From Candidatus Bathyarchaeota archaeon (GTDB taxonomy: Archaea > Thermoproteota > Bathyarchaeia > 40CM-2-53-6): 64,000 nucleotides of DNA. The DNA lies in contig CAVSBL010000002.1 in the NCBI GenBank assembly GCA_963726255.1, positions 896,001 through 960,000 of the forward strand, given 5' to 3'. The notes under the pieces were generated by a model. The model did not search any database. It saw only the letters and a program-made list of their open reading frames with translations, and was not told where the DNA came from. Shown piece after piece: positions 19,722-29,721 of this stretch. The first letter of the stretch is position 1. Each line of letters starts with the position of its first letter. The translations under genes and the position numbers were made by a program.

Positions 19722-20615
19722 CTATTTGCTTACTTTCCCTAATGTTTTCAGTATTGATTTGAGTTGTTCCAGCTCATTCGAGCCTGGTGGCATCAACGGT
19801 CCTCTCGGTTTCCCGCCGTGCTTTCCGAGCATATCTAGCCCGGCTTTCGACAGGGCGGCAAACATGCCAGTATCCTCGAAGAGGTTTCCCATAGGCAGTA
19901 GGTTATTGTACAATTTGCTCGCTCCTCCAAGATCCTTCTCAAGAACCGCGAGCTCGTAAAGTTCTGAGCACTCTCTCGGAAGGACATTGGCTGCAACGCA
20001 GATCCAACCTTTGGCACCCATCGCAAATGATTCAAACGCCAAGTTGTCAGCTCCGGCGAAGACGGTGAGCTTGTCATTCGTTAGCTGGCGGATTTTCCAG
20101 ATTCTAGTTATATCACCGCTGCTCTCCTTAACGTGTGTTATGTTCCGAAGTTTTGAGAGCCTCTCAATCAGTTCAGGTTTCATATCCACTTTGCTCGTGA
20201 ACGGATTGTTATAGATCATTATTGGAATGTTAACGGCCTTCGAGATGGCGGAGTAGTGTTGATAGATTTCCTCATCTTTCGGTTTACTGTAAAACGGCGG
20301 GACGATGAGCAAACCGTCTGCGCCCGCATCTTCAGCAAACTTCGACATTTCAACAGTGTATTTCGTCGAGCAGTGTGCCGTCCCAGCGAGCAGAGGGATT
20401 CTACCGTTGACTTGGTCAACTGCGGTCTCAATGAGTTCCTTATGCTCGTCAGGGTGGAGCGTTGCGAACTCTCCAGTACTACCGCCAACAACGAGCCCAT
20501 GAACTCTATTCTCGATGTAGAAATCGATGTTTGACCTGAATGCGTCGAGGTCAAGGTCTTCGTTGCTCTTGAACGGCGTCACCATGACGCAAAAAGTTCC
20601 TTCAATCTTCTTCAA
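19722..20615 (-). CDS. DapA/NAL-family aldolase/deaminase
   Basis: GGSTGEF, IMIYNNP, VKESSGD. Confidence 0.9.
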   Translation of the reverse strand: MKKIEGTFCVMVTPFKSNEDLDLDAFRSNIDFYIENRVHGLVVGGSTGEFATLHPDEHKELIETAVDQVNGRIPLLAGTAHCSTKYTVEMSKFAEDAGADGLLIVPPFYSKPKDEEIYQHYSAISKAVNIPIMIYNNPFTSKVDMKPELIERLSKLRNITHVKESSGDITRIWKIRQLTNDKLTVFAGADNLAFESFAMGAKGWICVAANVLPRECSELYELAVLEKDLGGASKLYNNLLPMGNLFEDTGMFAALSKAGLDMLGKHGGKPRGPLMPPGSNELEQLKSILKTLGKVSK

Positions 20616-20726
20616 GACGAACGTACCCGGGCGACGTAGCCAGCCTCTTGCTATAAGCTTAATGTCAGAATCTCAAGGGAACTGAGAAGGACTCAGCATG
20701 AGCGGATTGCAGCAAAAGCAAACTGA

Positions 20727-21830
20727 TCACATTGAAGCGCGGTTCTCCTGGATGAGTTTCATGTCTGGGGTCATACCCAGCCCGGGGTCTGTTGGAACTT
20801 CAAGCGAGCCCCTTTCCAGCCTGATAGAATCCTTAACGGCCATCCTTTGAAATGCTAGCTCTGTGAATTCGCAGGCATAAGGCAGGTTTTCCAATGAAGC
20901 TGCGAGCTGCAGTTTCGCTGCGACTGCAACGCATGATTCAAGTTCCGTTCCAATGATGCACGGGATGCCCACCGCTTCTGCCGTTGTGTAGATGTCGAGA
21001 GAGTTCTTCAAGCCGCCAGCCTTAGTGATTTTAATGTTGATTATGTCCGCGGCTTCTGCTCTTGCAACCTTAATCACGTCCTGTGGAGTCCAGACGCTCT
21101 CGTCAACCATTACGGGGACACCCGTTGTTTTCCGTAGCCATGCAAGGCCTTCCAGATCCCAGCCGGGAAGCGGTTGTTCGATGTAACTGATTTCCTCACG
21201 CGCAAGGACCTTGAGGGCTCGGAGAGTGTCGAGGCGTGACCACCCTGCGTTTGGGTCGACTCTCAGTTCGATGTCTGAGCCTGCCGCGTCCCGAATCGCT
21301 TTGATACCCTTGACCTCATCATCGACATTTCTGCCGGCCTTGACTTTGATGACTTTGAAACCCAACTCAATGAGGCGGCGGGCTTCTCGAACCATTTCTT
21401 CGGGATCAACTATCGCTATCTCAGACGCAGCCTCTATGCTGGTTCTTTGTCTGCCACCTAGCAAGGTACTTGCTGGAACTTCGAGGGCTTTGCCCGCTAA
21501 ATCATAGAGCGCTGTATCGATGCCCGTCTTAGCGATGAATGCGGCTCCATGGATGGAATTCATGAGCGAAGTAGCCTTGCGTATGTTGAGCGGATCCTCC
21601 CCCAACAACTTTGGTCCAAGGTAATTCCGAATCGCAGCAGTTACCGTCTCCAATGTTTCTCCATAGAACCCCACAGTGACTGTGCAGGGAGCCTCACCGA
21701 AGCCAACTGTACCATTATCAGCGTCGATTTCGACGAGCACAAATTGCCCCGTCGGATAATCGGAATATGCATCACTGAACTGTCGCATCGGCACGCGGAC
21801 AGGGTATGCCTGAACTTTCGTGATTTGCAT
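20727..21830 (-). CDS. enolase superfamily (MR/MLE-type epimerase/dehydratase)
   Basis: KVIKVK, RVDPN, IEQP, VDES, NIKITKAGG. Confidence 0.9.
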   Translation of the reverse strand: MQITKVQAYPVRVPMRQFSDAYSDYPTGQFVLVEIDADNGTVGFGEAPCTVTVGFYGETLETVTAAIRNYLGPKLLGEDPLNIRKATSLMNSIHGAAFIAKTGIDTALYDLAGKALEVPASTLLGGRQRTSIEAASEIAIVDPEEMVREARRLIELGFKVIKVKAGRNVDDEVKGIKAIRDAAGSDIELRVDPNAGWSRLDTLRALKVLAREEISYIEQPLPGWDLEGLAWLRKTTGVPVMVDESVWTPQDVIKVARAEAADIINIKITKAGGLKNSLDIYTTAEAVGIPCIIGTELESCVAVAAKLQLAASLENLPYACEFTELAFQRMAVKDSIRLERGSLEVPTDPGLGMTPDMKLIQENRASM

Positions 21831-22026
21831 AAGCTAATGCTTGTGCTGTGAATGTAAATTGCTTTTCGTTCGAACGAAAACGCGGTCGTTTTGCGCGGCT
21901 TCTGTTTGATTTCAGCCAATGGCCGCGAGCATCCGACCCGCCTTGGCATCAGGCCGGAGATGGAAGTGCTGGGCAAGCGAATAAGAGTCTTAAGTAAGAG
22001 TCACAGCCGTTTAAGACTGAAGCCGG

Positions 22027-22970
22027 ATGACACACCACGGCATCACCCGAATTCTCTTTTCCGGAGACGTCCACGGATCGGAAAAGGCGTTCATGAAATT
22101 CCTCAATGCAGGAAAAATGTTTCAAGCAAACGTTTTGATCCTTAGCGGCGATCTAACCGGCAAAGTTTTGATCCCGATAATACGCGACGGCTACGAATTC
22201 AGTGCCGACGTCCTGGGCCGAATACACACTGCAAGAACGGACCAGGAGTTGTCGGAACTTCAAAAAGACCTCAGAAACGCGGGTTACTACTATTTTGACA
22301 GCACGGCGACAGAAGTCGAGAAGTTGAACAACGACAAAGTTGAAGTCGACCGCTTTTTGCGAAATTGATGGATGAGAGGATTCAAAGATGGATTCAATTA
22401 GCCGAAGAGCGCCTGAAGGATACAGACATTCGATGTTACATTAGCCCTGGGAACGATGACCGCTTCTCGATTGACAAGATTCTAAGCGGCTCGGACTTTG
22501 TGATCAATCCGGAGCATACAGTCGCGCAGATCGACGAATATCATGAGATGATTACTTTAGGGTGGAGCAACCCCACTCCTTGGAACAGCCACAGGGAATG
22601 TTCAGAGGAGGAGCTACGCAAGAAGATCGAGTCCCTTGCCTCCAAAGTTGTAAACATGGATAACTGTATCTTCAACCTCCATTGTCCGCCCTACAACTCG
22701 CATCTTGATATGGCTCCCAAGATAGAAGAGGGACTGGAAGCATCAGCTCATACAATGCCCGTTGGAAGCACAGCAGTCCGCGAAGCCATTGAAAAGCATC
22801 GACCACTCCTCGGATTGCACGGTCACATCCATGAATCAAGGGGGCATGTAAAGATTGGTCGGACTTGGTGTTTCAACCCTGGGAGCGAATACACTGAAGG
22901 TATTCTGCGAGCTTACTTGATTAACGTAGACCAGAAAGGCGTCAAAAGCTATCAGCCCGTGTCGGGGTAG
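22027..22970 (+). CDS. Icc-related metallophosphoesterase (frameshift at ~22355)
   Basis: DVHGS, GDLTGK, PGNDD, HCPP, HGHIHE, NPGSEY; two ORFs joined at a T-run. Confidence 0.85.
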
Positions 22971-23267
22971 TGACAATCATCCAATCTTAAGCTTCGAAGT
23001 AGATCGTGCGGAGTGCACCAGAAAGATCCGCCTAGGTGTTTCTCCTCTGCAAAACTTGATATGCACTGATACCAGGTTCCATTTTATGTGACGGTTCAAC
23101 CTGCGTAAATTGAAAACGACCAATGTTACGGTTTGCATCGTAGAATAGGAAAATTCACTAAGATTTTGCCCAGCAATTCGACAGATCGTTAGAAGTGATT
23201 ATTCGATGTCTGAGTAACCGTTAGAGCGCGAATTTTTTTCGATCTTATTCTCCGTTCGCTATGGGAA

Positions 23268-24941
23268 TTGTTAAATACATCAAAGAAACAACAAGCGCGA
23301 GGAAGGTTTTTGAAGAAAAGCTCTTCTTCATATTTTCTTAGGGAAGCAACAGGACTAGTACGAGAGTGGAACGTATCCGACGCCTTCATGTACTGCGTTC
23401 TCCAAGCAGCGGTACCCATATTCTTCGCCTTGGTATATGCGCAAGGAGCTTGGATGTTCCCTGCCGGCAACATGACTGCATCGACTCTTATCAGCGCAGT
23501 CGGAGCCAGCCTCACCGGGCTAATGTATGTGGCTCTAATCGCTATGATGCCTCGTAGCGGAGGCGATTACGTTTTCAACAGTAGAATCGTGCATCCTGCG
23601 TGGGGCATGATGGTCGCCGGTGGATGGACCATTGTTTGGCAGATAATATGGAATGGTGCGGTGATGCCTGGTTTCATGGCGACCTCAATTTTCGGACCTT
23701 GGTTCCTAACCTATGGAATGGTTTTCAATAACCAAGCGATGATTAGTTTAGGCAACTGGTTCTTTACGACCCCTGCCATCCCGGTGGTTATGCTTGCTCT
23801 ATTTGCCGTAGTCATCCTTCTACATGTGATAGGTATGCGTGGGTACGCTAGAGTCCAGTACTTCCTGTTCGCTTTGATGTGCGTTGCATTCATTATTCCT
23901 GTGGTGGTCTTGCTTGCGTTGGGACCGGCAGGTTGGAAAAGTGCATTCAACGAATTCGTTTCCCAGCAGTACGGTACGCAGGACGGCTATTCGGCGGTTA
24001 TCACGACTGCAGCCAAGTATGGGTTTGCCCCTTCAACTTCTATTGATTTCACGCAGACTCTGATGTTGATGCCCTTCATTTATACTCCCCTTGCCTTCTG
24101 CCAATGGATTGCGGAGAACGCTGGCGAGACCAAGGGTGCAGACAGTATGAAGGCCAATGCGAAGGCGATCTTAGGCTCGATCTGGTTCTTGGCGATCATA
24201 ATAATTGCGACGTCGCTCACCGTTGTCTACGTAATGGGTCAGAACTTCCTGGGTTCAATTGGTTACCTGTTCTTCCAAGGAGCACCCGAATACGCAAACT
24301 TCCTACCGCAACCTCCATACCTGTATTTCCTTGCTTCTATCGCCATCAGAAACCCTATAGTCATATCGCTCCTTTTCATCGGTCTGATAGCCAACAGTCT
24401 AAACATACCATATAACACGGCACTCGCCGGATCAAGGAATATGATGGCGATGTCCTTTGATCGCGTCTTCTTTGAGAAAGCGGCACACGTCAGCGACAGA
24501 TGGCACTTCCCCACCTATGCGGTGCTTGCAATGTACATTGTACCTGTAGCATTGCTTCCAATCTATCTTTTCACAAGCTTCTCGACAATCGTGGCCGGAA
24601 TCTCGGTTGGCGTCACTGGCCTCTTCATTGGCACAGGCATTTCGGCACTAATCGTTCCGTGGAAGCGCCCGGACATCTATAAGGCATCAGCAATTTCCAA
24701 ATACTCAATCGTAGGCGTTCCGCTGATAAGCATAATCGCATTGCTGTCTATGGGCTTTACCTCAGTCGATTTGTACATCTTGCTCTCAAACCCGGGTTTC
24801 GGTCTGATCAATGTCCCGTCTTACGTATTCTTGGCCGCCACCTATCTGCTCTGGGTGCCGGTCTACTTCGCCTTCAAGTGGTACAGAAAGAAGCAGGGTA
24901 TTGATGTCTCTCTTGCGTTCAAAGAGATACCGCCGGAGTAA
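23268..24941 (+). CDS. APC-family amino acid permease
   Basis: FLREATGLVRE, MPRSGGDYVF, C-terminal FKEIPPE; many TM segments. Confidence 0.9.
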   Translation: MLNTSKKQQARGRFLKKSSSSYFLREATGLVREWNVSDAFMYCVLQAAVPIFFALVYAQGAWMFPAGNMTASTLISAVGASLTGLMYVALIAMMPRSGGDYVFNSRIVHPAWGMMVAGGWTIVWQIIWNGAVMPGFMATSIFGPWFLTYGMVFNNQAMISLGNWFFTTPAIPVVMLALFAVVILLHVIGMRGYARVQYFLFALMCVAFIIPVVVLLALGPAGWKSAFNEFVSQQYGTQDGYSAVITTAAKYGFAPSTSIDFTQTLMLMPFIYTPLAFCQWIAENAGETKGADSMKANAKAILGSIWFLAIIIIATSLTVVYVMGQNFLGSIGYLFFQGAPEYANFLPQPPYLYFLASIAIRNPIVISLLFIGLIANSLNIPYNTALAGSRNMMAMSFDRVFFEKAAHVSDRWHFPTYAVLAMYIVPVALLPIYLFTSFSTIVAGISVGVTGLFIGTGISALIVPWKRPDIYKASAISKYSIVGVPLISIIALLSMGFTSVDLYILLSNPGFGLINVPSYVFLAATYLLWVPVYFAFKWYRKKQGIDVSLAFKEIPPE

Positions 24942-25009
24942 CTGATCCTCTATCTTTAGATTTCTCGTACCGTTTTCCAACCGCCCTTTTGAGTAGCGAG
25001 ACGTAGCCC

Positions 25010-25795
25010 ATGCCTGAATCCAACATGGTTGACGAGGCAATGCGAATTCTAGAGATCGCGCGCAAGCGTGGGGTGGTACTTCGAGCTTTAGGCGGCATTG
25101 GCATAAGGTTAAGCTGTGATGAAAGCACAAAACCCGAATTTGCCAGAACCTACAATGACCTTGACTTTATCGGACACCGCGAGCAGGCTCAGCAGATCAG
25201 GGGGCTCTTCACAGAACTCGGTTACCTGCCGAGCAAGACATTCAACGCTCTTCACGGAAGAGAACGCTTGATCTTCAACGACTCGGATAACAGTGGACAT
25301 GTTGACATTTTCCTTGACCGTTTCCGCATGTGTCACACTTTCGATCTGATGGACCGCTTGGAGATTTGCGAGAACTCGTTGTCACCATCCGACTTATTCA
25401 TGACGAAGATCCAAGTGGTTGTGACTGCTGAAAAAGACTTCAAAGACTTAGTCTGCCTACTGGCAAGCAAGGAGATCGGTTGCAAGGACAATGCCCATGT
25501 CATAAATATCGAACATGTAGCGGGAATCTGCGCAAGAGATTGGGGAATATACATGACCGTGACGACAAATCTTGGCAAAACACTCGATTATCTGGCCAAC
25601 ATGCCATTGACAGACGAAAAGAAAAAAGAGATTTGTTCTAAGGCAAAGAAAATGATTGATCTAATTGAGCAGAAACCGAAATCTCTAGCTTGGAGGGCAA
25701 GAGCGTGCGTCGGTACAAAGAAACGATGGTATGACCTTCCGGAAGACAAGGAGAGAAAAATCGCGAGCCAATCTACAAAGGAGAGATCAGCATAA
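25010..25795 (+). CDS. uncharacterised nucleotidyltransferase-fold protein
   Basis: LGGIGI...YNDLDF, HVDIFLD, TKIQVV; paralog of 5026..5823. Confidence 0.75.
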   Translation: MPESNMVDEAMRILEIARKRGVVLRALGGIGIRLSCDESTKPEFARTYNDLDFIGHREQAQQIRGLFTELGYLPSKTFNALHGRERLIFNDSDNSGHVDIFLDRFRMCHTFDLMDRLEICENSLSPSDLFMTKIQVVVTAEKDFKDLVCLLASKEIGCKDNAHVINIEHVAGICARDWGIYMTVTTNLGKTLDYLANMPLTDEKKKEICSKAKKMIDLIEQKPKSLAWRARACVGTKKRWYDLPEDKERKIASQSTKERSA

Positions 25796-25949
25796 TGGCG
25801 TACTGTTTAGTACTTCTTGCATACAAAATCTCAGATGACGAGTGGGTCTAGTTGTCCAGGACTTCAGAGTCTATGCGAGATTGAAATTCTCGGCTTAGCA
25901 TAAGGTCGCCGATCTTGAGTTTGCCGAAGTCTTTTCTGGCTATGGCATT

Positions 25950-26048
25950 GCTTGTTCGGCCTACCAGCATCATTCCTTCAACGCCTAGGTTTAGGATTCC
26001 CGCATTCTGATCTACTAGTTCGCCTGTGGCGGCAGCCATGATCGGCAA
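25950..26048 (-). pseudogene. fragment of an ABC transporter permease (nucleoside/sugar type)
   Basis: AATGELVDQNAGILNLGVEGMMLVG N-terminal signature, then similarity is lost. Confidence 0.7.
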
Positions 26049-26070
26049 GGCTCTAAATTAGAAACCCACC

Positions 26071-26934
26071 TCAATTCAAAATGAATTTTCTTACTGTTTG
26101 AAGATATTCATCCTGTTCCTCCCACATCGGCAGGTGGGCACTATTTTCGAAAATTCTCAATCTTGAACCTTTGATTGCGTGGTGGATTCCTTGTGCGATT
26201 CTTGGGGTCACCTCATCATGCCTACCACCAGTCACTAGTGTGGGAGCAGTAATCTGTGAAAGGCTAGCCTTGAAGTCCAGATTTTTGAGGTTTCCAAGCG
26301 CCGTGAATTCGTTTGGACCCCACATCGTGAAATACACAGGTACGCTTGTTTCGTTCAGTGTCCGAGTCACTTCCTCTGGCCATTGTGGTAATCTACAGAA
26401 GAATTCACGATAGAACACGTCAACAGCCTTCAGGTATTCTGGGTGTGAGAAGGCCCACTTCGCTTCGTACTTCGCAAGAGTTTCCTGAACATCCTTAGGG
26501 AGTAATGTTTTGAGCCGGTTCATTTCTTCGACGCATTCGTGAGTGCTGACCAAGGCGCCAGTAACTATTAGTTTCTTAATGTTCTGTTGGTATTTCAGCG
26601 CACACAATAGGGCTAGCATGCCACCCCACGAGGATCCCATGAGGTTTATCTTGCCAAGGCCAAGGGTCTTCCTGAGTTCCTCGACCTCATCCACGTAATG
26701 ATCGGCTGTGAAAAGAGTGGTGTCAAGTGGTTTCTGTGATTTTCCACAACCAAGCTGATCATACAAAATGACTCTCAGATTTTCATCGCCTAGCTTTGCA
26801 AGGGGGAGCAAATAGTCGTGCATTGCTCCCGGTCCACCGTGGAGACATAGCAGAACGTTACTGCCTTTGCCGAAGACTCTATAGAAAAGTCTGAATCCCT
26901 TGACGATTACATAGGCGCCGTTTTCATTCTCCAA
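26071..26934 (-). CDS. pip: proline iminopeptidase family hydrolase
   Basis: HGGPG, YDQLGCG, GSSWGG, GPNEF; paralog of 2582..3445; SD GGAGGTG. Confidence 0.9.
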   Translation of the reverse strand: MENENGAYVIVKGFRLFYRVFGKGSNVLLCLHGGPGAMHDYLLPLAKLGDENLRVILYDQLGCGKSQKPLDTTLFTADHYVDEVEELRKTLGLGKINLMGSSWGGMLALLCALKYQQNIKKLIVTGALVSTHECVEEMNRLKTLLPKDVQETLAKYEAKWAFSHPEYLKAVDVFYREFFCRLPQWPEEVTRTLNETSVPVYFTMWGPNEFTALGNLKNLDFKASLSQITAPTLVTGGRHDEVTPRIAQGIHHAIKGSRLRIFENSAHLPMWEEQDEYLQTVRKFILN

Positions 26935-27273
26935 TTCCCGACACCTCCTCTATGAGATCGTTAGCTTTCTCACAGGCTTCCATAGTCTGTTGGAGCTCGA
27001 ATCTGTTCCATTCGTCATACTCTATTACCAATGTGCGCCATCCGCTCGATCAAATCATTAGTCAGACTCACAATGAACTAGCCGTCTTTCCTTCCACTCC
27101 TACTACTCCTCATACAAAATAGTTTGACGGTCGATTCACCACTACGGATTCGTTGTAGCTGTTCCGAGCAATGAATATACCAAAACTAGCGATATTTCGT
27201 CTTTTCAGGCAATTTTTGTCCAGACTTTGATGCAAAGCGGGAAGATTGAAGAGATCACAAAAATAGCTCAGAC

Positions 27274-27300
27274 TGTGCGCACGACTAATACGACACACAC
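27274..27300 (+). repeat. dispersed repeat, copy D
   Basis: TGTGCGCACGACTAATACGACACACAC. Confidence 0.7.
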
Positions 27301-27414
27301 GAAAAACCGCAAAAGACTTGAGCAACAGCCGGCGAATACGGATAGTGCCGGGTTGGGATTTGGGCCCGCGAGGCAATTCACTAAGATGCATGCTAGTTCT
27401 CGCACTAGTTCCCG

Positions 27415-28151
27415 GTGAGGAATCGTTTGCCTGATTCTCTTGCGGTCCCCATTCTCAGACAGCTGATTCCTAGTGGTATCGATTACGGATCTTCCTTGCT
27501 CATTGAATTCGAACCCGACTCGATGTGGTATGAAACTTCGATGAGCATCGCAGCTCAAGCAGTGCGGGAAGGAATAAAGACCGTTTATCATGTCTATGCG
27601 CATCTGCCCAGCGGGGGAGGGGTACCTTCAGTCGTTTGGGCTTAGACACCAGGAAGTTGGAGGAACAGGAAGTCTTCGAACTTGTCGACAGCTACACGGT
27701 TCAAACTGGAATCGGCGGACCAGAGAAAGAATACGCCATAACCAAGTCTCTCAAGCTCTCTGAAACAAGCATCTTCTATTCGCAGGCCCTCAAGAGTGGC
27801 AAGATCCCTAAGGATTGGAAACGCTGGTTACACGTGGATGACGACGCAACGATTCAGCTGAAATACAATTCTGAGAGTGCAATAATCGAATTCCAACGAA
27901 CCAGAGGGCTCCCTGTGTTGGCAGCGTATGAGGAGATACAGTTGAATCCGATCTTGAAAGGTGTCGCCTCCGCAGCCTTCTACAAGGAGATGGAGTCACT
28001 CTCGACCGGAGTACTGGACGTCAAGAGCGAAGAGAAAGAGGGCGCCATCGAGAGCTATTTGAGAGTGAGGGCCTTGAGGGGGAAGAAGTTCGACTCACGA
28101 TGGCACCAACTGCAGCTTCAGGATAACGGAGAGGTTGCACTTGCCGACTAG
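27415..28151 (+). CDS. RAD55/KaiC-like RecA-superfamily protein with degenerate P-loop (frameshift at ~27615)
   Basis: [44 protein letters not shown]; break in a G-run. Confidence 0.65.
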
Positions 28152-28201
28152 TTTTCGTGTATGCCCCCAAATTCAGACTGCTGTTCAGGCCTCGATTTAC
28201 A

Positions 28202-28228
28202 TGTGAGCACCATTAGACCCACACACAC
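28202..28228 (+). repeat. dispersed repeat, copy E
   Basis: TGTGAGCACCATTAGACCCACACACAC, 26/27 identical to copy B. Confidence 0.85.
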
Positions 28229-28469
28229 CAAGAACCGGAAATCCACAACCGGCGGTTCTTCACTTGATGTGGACCATTGGTTAATGAGTTGCACCTACTT
28301 GTGCGGCAGAATCTGTAGGTCGAAGCGCCCTCCACCGAATCAAGAGGAAGGAGGCGTTTCATTCCTACTCATGAGCATTTGGAGCACGGAGTACACGAGT
28401 CTTGAAACAGTGTGAGCACGGCCCAAGGTCCAAGTTTATCTCCACGTGCGAAACTCTAGCTTGGACCAA

Positions 28470-28958
28470 ATGCACGCAACTACACGCTGCCCTCGCTGCG
28501 GATACGTTCTAAATTACAACGGCTACGCCTACTACTGCAGTTTCTGCGGGTACCCTCAGACGCGCGAAACATTGGCTGGGGCTCTCTATTCTCTGGAGAA
28601 GCGCATAAGTGGCGGCGTTAGACGTGTTCTTGCTGAGCTCAAACCGAAGACCGCACAGATGGGCTACTACCCAGTTAGCGTTACCATGCAGGCTTGCACA
28701 AATTGCGGTCTCATCTTTCCGCGCGGCTTCCAACGCTGCCCTTCCTGCGGGACGCAGCGGCCCATAATGGCTCAGGGTACCACGACAACTATGCCTAGGG
28801 AAGCGACGGATCTTGACCGGCGAGTATTTGATTATATTAACTCTCATGGCGGGACGATCTCGATATCCCATGCGGCGCAAGACCTGGTTATCGATCAGGA
28901 ACTTCTACTTTCGTCAATCGAGCGTCTGAAATCCGCTGGTTACCTTACTCAATCTTGA
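28470..28958 (+). CDS. double zinc-ribbon protein with C-terminal winged helix
   Basis: Four CxxC pairs; VFDYINSHGG...SIERLKSAGYL. Confidence 0.75.
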   Translation: MHATTRCPRCGYVLNYNGYAYYCSFCGYPQTRETLAGALYSLEKRISGGVRRVLAELKPKTAQMGYYPVSVTMQACTNCGLIFPRGFQRCPSCGTQRPIMAQGTTTTMPREATDLDRRVFDYINSHGGTISISHAAQDLVIDQELLLSSIERLKSAGYLTQS

Positions 28959-29069
28959 ACGTCTACCCATAGGCGCAAGAGATGTTACGGCGGCCGTAGA
29001 GTTTCACCAAAATAAGTAAGCGTTAAGTGCACGTCAGGCTGCACGAAGGCAATTCGGTCGTTATTTGAC

Positions 29070-29393
29070 ATGATGTTCTGTGCGAAATGCAGTTTAGCTA
29101 TGTTGCCCATGCAAAAGGAAAAGTCGATTGTGCTAACGTGCCCAAAGTGCGGCCAAGAATCTACGCGCTCGAACCCATTAGTACAGAAATTTGACAAACC
29201 AAGAGAATCCATCGTCGTTATCGGTAATGAAGGGAAATCAATACAGACTCTGCCGAAAATGAAAGTTATCTGCCAAAAATGCGGGCATGGTGAAGCGTTC
29301 TACTGGATGGTGCAAACGCGCGGAGGCGACGAGGCATCTACACAGTTCTTCAGATGCACCAAATGCGGACGAACATGGCGAGAGTATTCATGA
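29070..29393 (+). CDS. tfs: transcription factor S (TFS/RpoM)
   Basis: FCAKC...CPKC, CQKC, QTRGGDE...FFRCTKC. Confidence 0.95.
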   Translation: MMFCAKCSLAMLPMQKEKSIVLTCPKCGQESTRSNPLVQKFDKPRESIVVIGNEGKSIQTLPKMKVICQKCGHGEAFYWMVQTRGGDEASTQFFRCTKCGRTWREYS

Positions 29394-29549
29394 AACTCGA
29401 ATAGTAGCTCATCCCATTTTCCCTAATCGATTCTTCTCGTCGGCATTAGGTGGGTGAAGAAACGCTAGGCACCCTGGGGGAGGACAAATGAACCAAGCTT
29501 ATTATCTGAAGTCGGAAAGTACGGTTTGCCTCACGAATCGTGAGGCCAT

Positions 29550-29644
29550 GCGGCCGTAGTCTAGCCTGGTCTAGGACATTGCGTTTACGCGTCCATTGGC
29601 CTTCCAAGCCAACGACCCGGGTCCGAATCCCGGCGGCCGCACCA
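29550..29644 (+). tRNA. trnG: tRNA-Gly(TCC) with 17-nt non-canonical intron (29580..29596, position 27/28)
   Basis: Acceptor GCGGCCG/CGGCCGC, anticodon arm TTGGC-CTTCCAA-GCCAA after splicing, encoded CCA; GGAC/GTCC helix with two ATT bulges. Confidence 0.93.
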
Positions 29645-29721
29645 CTTCTTTCCGACTGAAACGCTCTCTCGTTTCCCAAAAGACTTAAACTGACTCATCT
29701 TTCAGCTATTGTCGGATCTAG

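Noticed and set aside
25845-25862. GTCTAGTTGTCCAGGAC resembling the tRNA D-arm
   Set aside because: Short, gapped match without an acceptor strand; could be chance
2522-28228. Dispersed repeats as a CRISPR array
   Set aside because: Copies are kilobases apart and in both orientations; no cas genes and no regular spacers
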